DNA of 58,508 bases from Escherichia phage KarinMuster_Bas82. The stretch is taken from sequence record PQ850612.1, one strand, 5' to 3'. Under the pieces are notes generated by a model. It worked only from the letters and a program-made list of their open reading frames with translations, was not told the origin of the DNA and did no database searches. The translations under genes and the position numbers were made by a program. Positions 57,343-58,508 of the stretch are shown here, one piece after another (positions within the stretch are counted from its first letter, which is position 1; each line of letters begins with the position of its first letter).

Positions 57343-58193
57343 CTACTTACACGTTTCACACTTGGCCCCTTCAGCCTTGTCTATTCCACACTGCAAATAT
57401 TCATTTTCTTTTTGTTCTAATGTTTTTCCACGACACAAACCAACAGTGGTACTTTCTGGTGTCATTTTATATTTCTGATAGTTTGCTTCCAGTTGTCGAA
57501 CACGGTGATAGTGTGCCGGATACATTGTGCGTAACATGTGGATTTCACCACCTGTCAAATGAGGGCAACATATACAACTTGATTTACCAGGATAATACAA
57601 ACCAACTTCTTCAACTGCGTCAGACTCTTTTTCACCAATATCCCAGTCAAATAATGGGAATACCTGACACCATTTATCTTCTGGTTGCCACTTGGCAGCC
57701 CGGTTTGGTTCATCAGCGTTAATACCAACAATACGTAAAATCGTACCCGTGTGACTGGACAATGGACGACCTTTACCGTTGACACCCCATGCTTTCCAGG
57801 CTTTGGGGTGGTTGTTGAAATATTTATCAGCAGTTTCTTTTTTAAAACGTAAGCTACATGATTTAGAACCGAAAGCAGCAGCCGGGAGATCGTTAGCTGC
57901 TTCTGCCGTACCAATTACGCTTAATGGAAAACCGTATTTATCTTTCTTATTGAGTATTACAACTTTCGACCAGTTGCGGTCAGCGCACCATTTTTTAAAT
58001 GTTCTATGAACTTATAGGTGTGAGGAAATTCTGAACCCGTATCACAGAAAACGATTTCGTCAGGTTCAAATCCGCGTTTATACAGTTCTGCAATTAACAT
58101 TGCTGTGTCATCACCCATACCGCCCATAACTACACGAAAACTGGTGCTTATCCACGCGAGTTCGATAGGTGGGCGATTGTTGAAAAGTATCAT
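57343..58193 (-). CDS. PAPS reductase-like protein split by a -1 frame change
   Basis: N-terminal frame 58193-57957: VVMGGMGDDTAM and FCDTGSEFPHTYKF; body in -1 frame, open from about 58008 with no start codon until TTG at 57762; frames overlap at A6 run 57996-57991. Confidence 0.55.
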
Positions 58194-58403
58194 TAGAAGT
58201 AGCTCCCAGTAGACTTTACATCATCAACATTCTGTAAACCGTTAGTGACTGTTGCAACTATACGATGAAGTTTATGGTTCATTTACCGACTGATTTTAGA
58301 TCCAACATATATACCTGCGAACATGGTTAAAGCACCCATGATAAAGCCTATTACAAACGTATATTCTTCCACGATTCACTACTCCTGTTCATTTGATAAC
58401 CAG

Positions 58404-58447
58404 ATTCTAGTTGTTCATCTGTAATCTGTCAAGAATTATTTTAAACC
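58404..58447 (-). promoter_or_regulatory. conserved phage promoter (leftward)
   Basis: TTTAAAATAATTCTTGACAGATTAC; -10 TAGAAT. Confidence 0.6.
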
Positions 58448-58508
58448 TCTGTTACCACACGTCACCCGTGGTAAACTGTACAGAACAGTTACAAACGGGT
58501 CGATAACC

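Noticed and set aside
57555-57914. Leftward 119-aa low-complexity ORF
   Set aside because: Lies in the third frame within the PAPS-reductase-like region; sequence is not protein-like and the other two frames carry the recognisable motifs.
1-58508. Prophage or lysogeny module (integrase, repressor, att site)
   Set aside because: No integrase-like, CI-like or excisionase-like ORF was recognised; gene content suggests a virulent phage, though small regulators may be missed without searches.

Overview
This window reads as a near genome-length stretch of a virulent, siphovirus-like tailed dsDNA phage of an enterobacterial host; the host is inferred from sigma70-type promoters and from SSB- and RdgC-like ORFs that closely resemble the E. 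coli proteins. All calls come from reading the sequence and the supplied ORF track, with motifs recalled from memory; no database search was run. Hand-derived coordinates (re-assigned starts, promoters, hairpins) may be off by a few bases. Layout: terminase large subunit (1-1764); an accessory island with glycine-rich and histidine-rich proteins (1.9-5.4 kb); portal (5.5 kb); a head and tail morphogenesis module (10.8-30.1 kb) interrupted by several leftward 'moron' blocks; an inverted tail-fiber gene with a pectate-lyase-like beta-helix; a lysis cassette (32.6-34.1 kb); a leftward replication/recombination operon (34-41 kb: Dam, family-B-like polymerase, DUF2815/DUF2800-like pair); a rightward operon with helicase, exonuclease and primase (41-46.3 kb); an early-type region of small genes including a SpoT-like HD hydrolase, a SLOG-like protein and a ParB-like protein (46.3-52.2 kb); terminase small subunit (53.6 kb) behind a highly repetitive AT-rich region; and a leftward accessory block (54.4-58.4 kb) with an RdgC homolog and a frame-split PAPS-reductase-like gene. 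A conserved promoter element (AAAATAATTCTTGACGGATTAC) occurs at least 15 times in both orientations and delimits the transcription units. No tRNA, CRISPR array, integrase or repressor was recognised. The observations I rate most worth follow-up are an N-terminally truncated host-like SSB fragment, a ~100-bp repeat present in two distant AT-rich regions (one an iteron array beside terS), a leftward Imm-like plus T5orf172-like moron inside the tail operon, and two -1 slippery heptamers (tail chaperone and PAPS-reductase-like gene).
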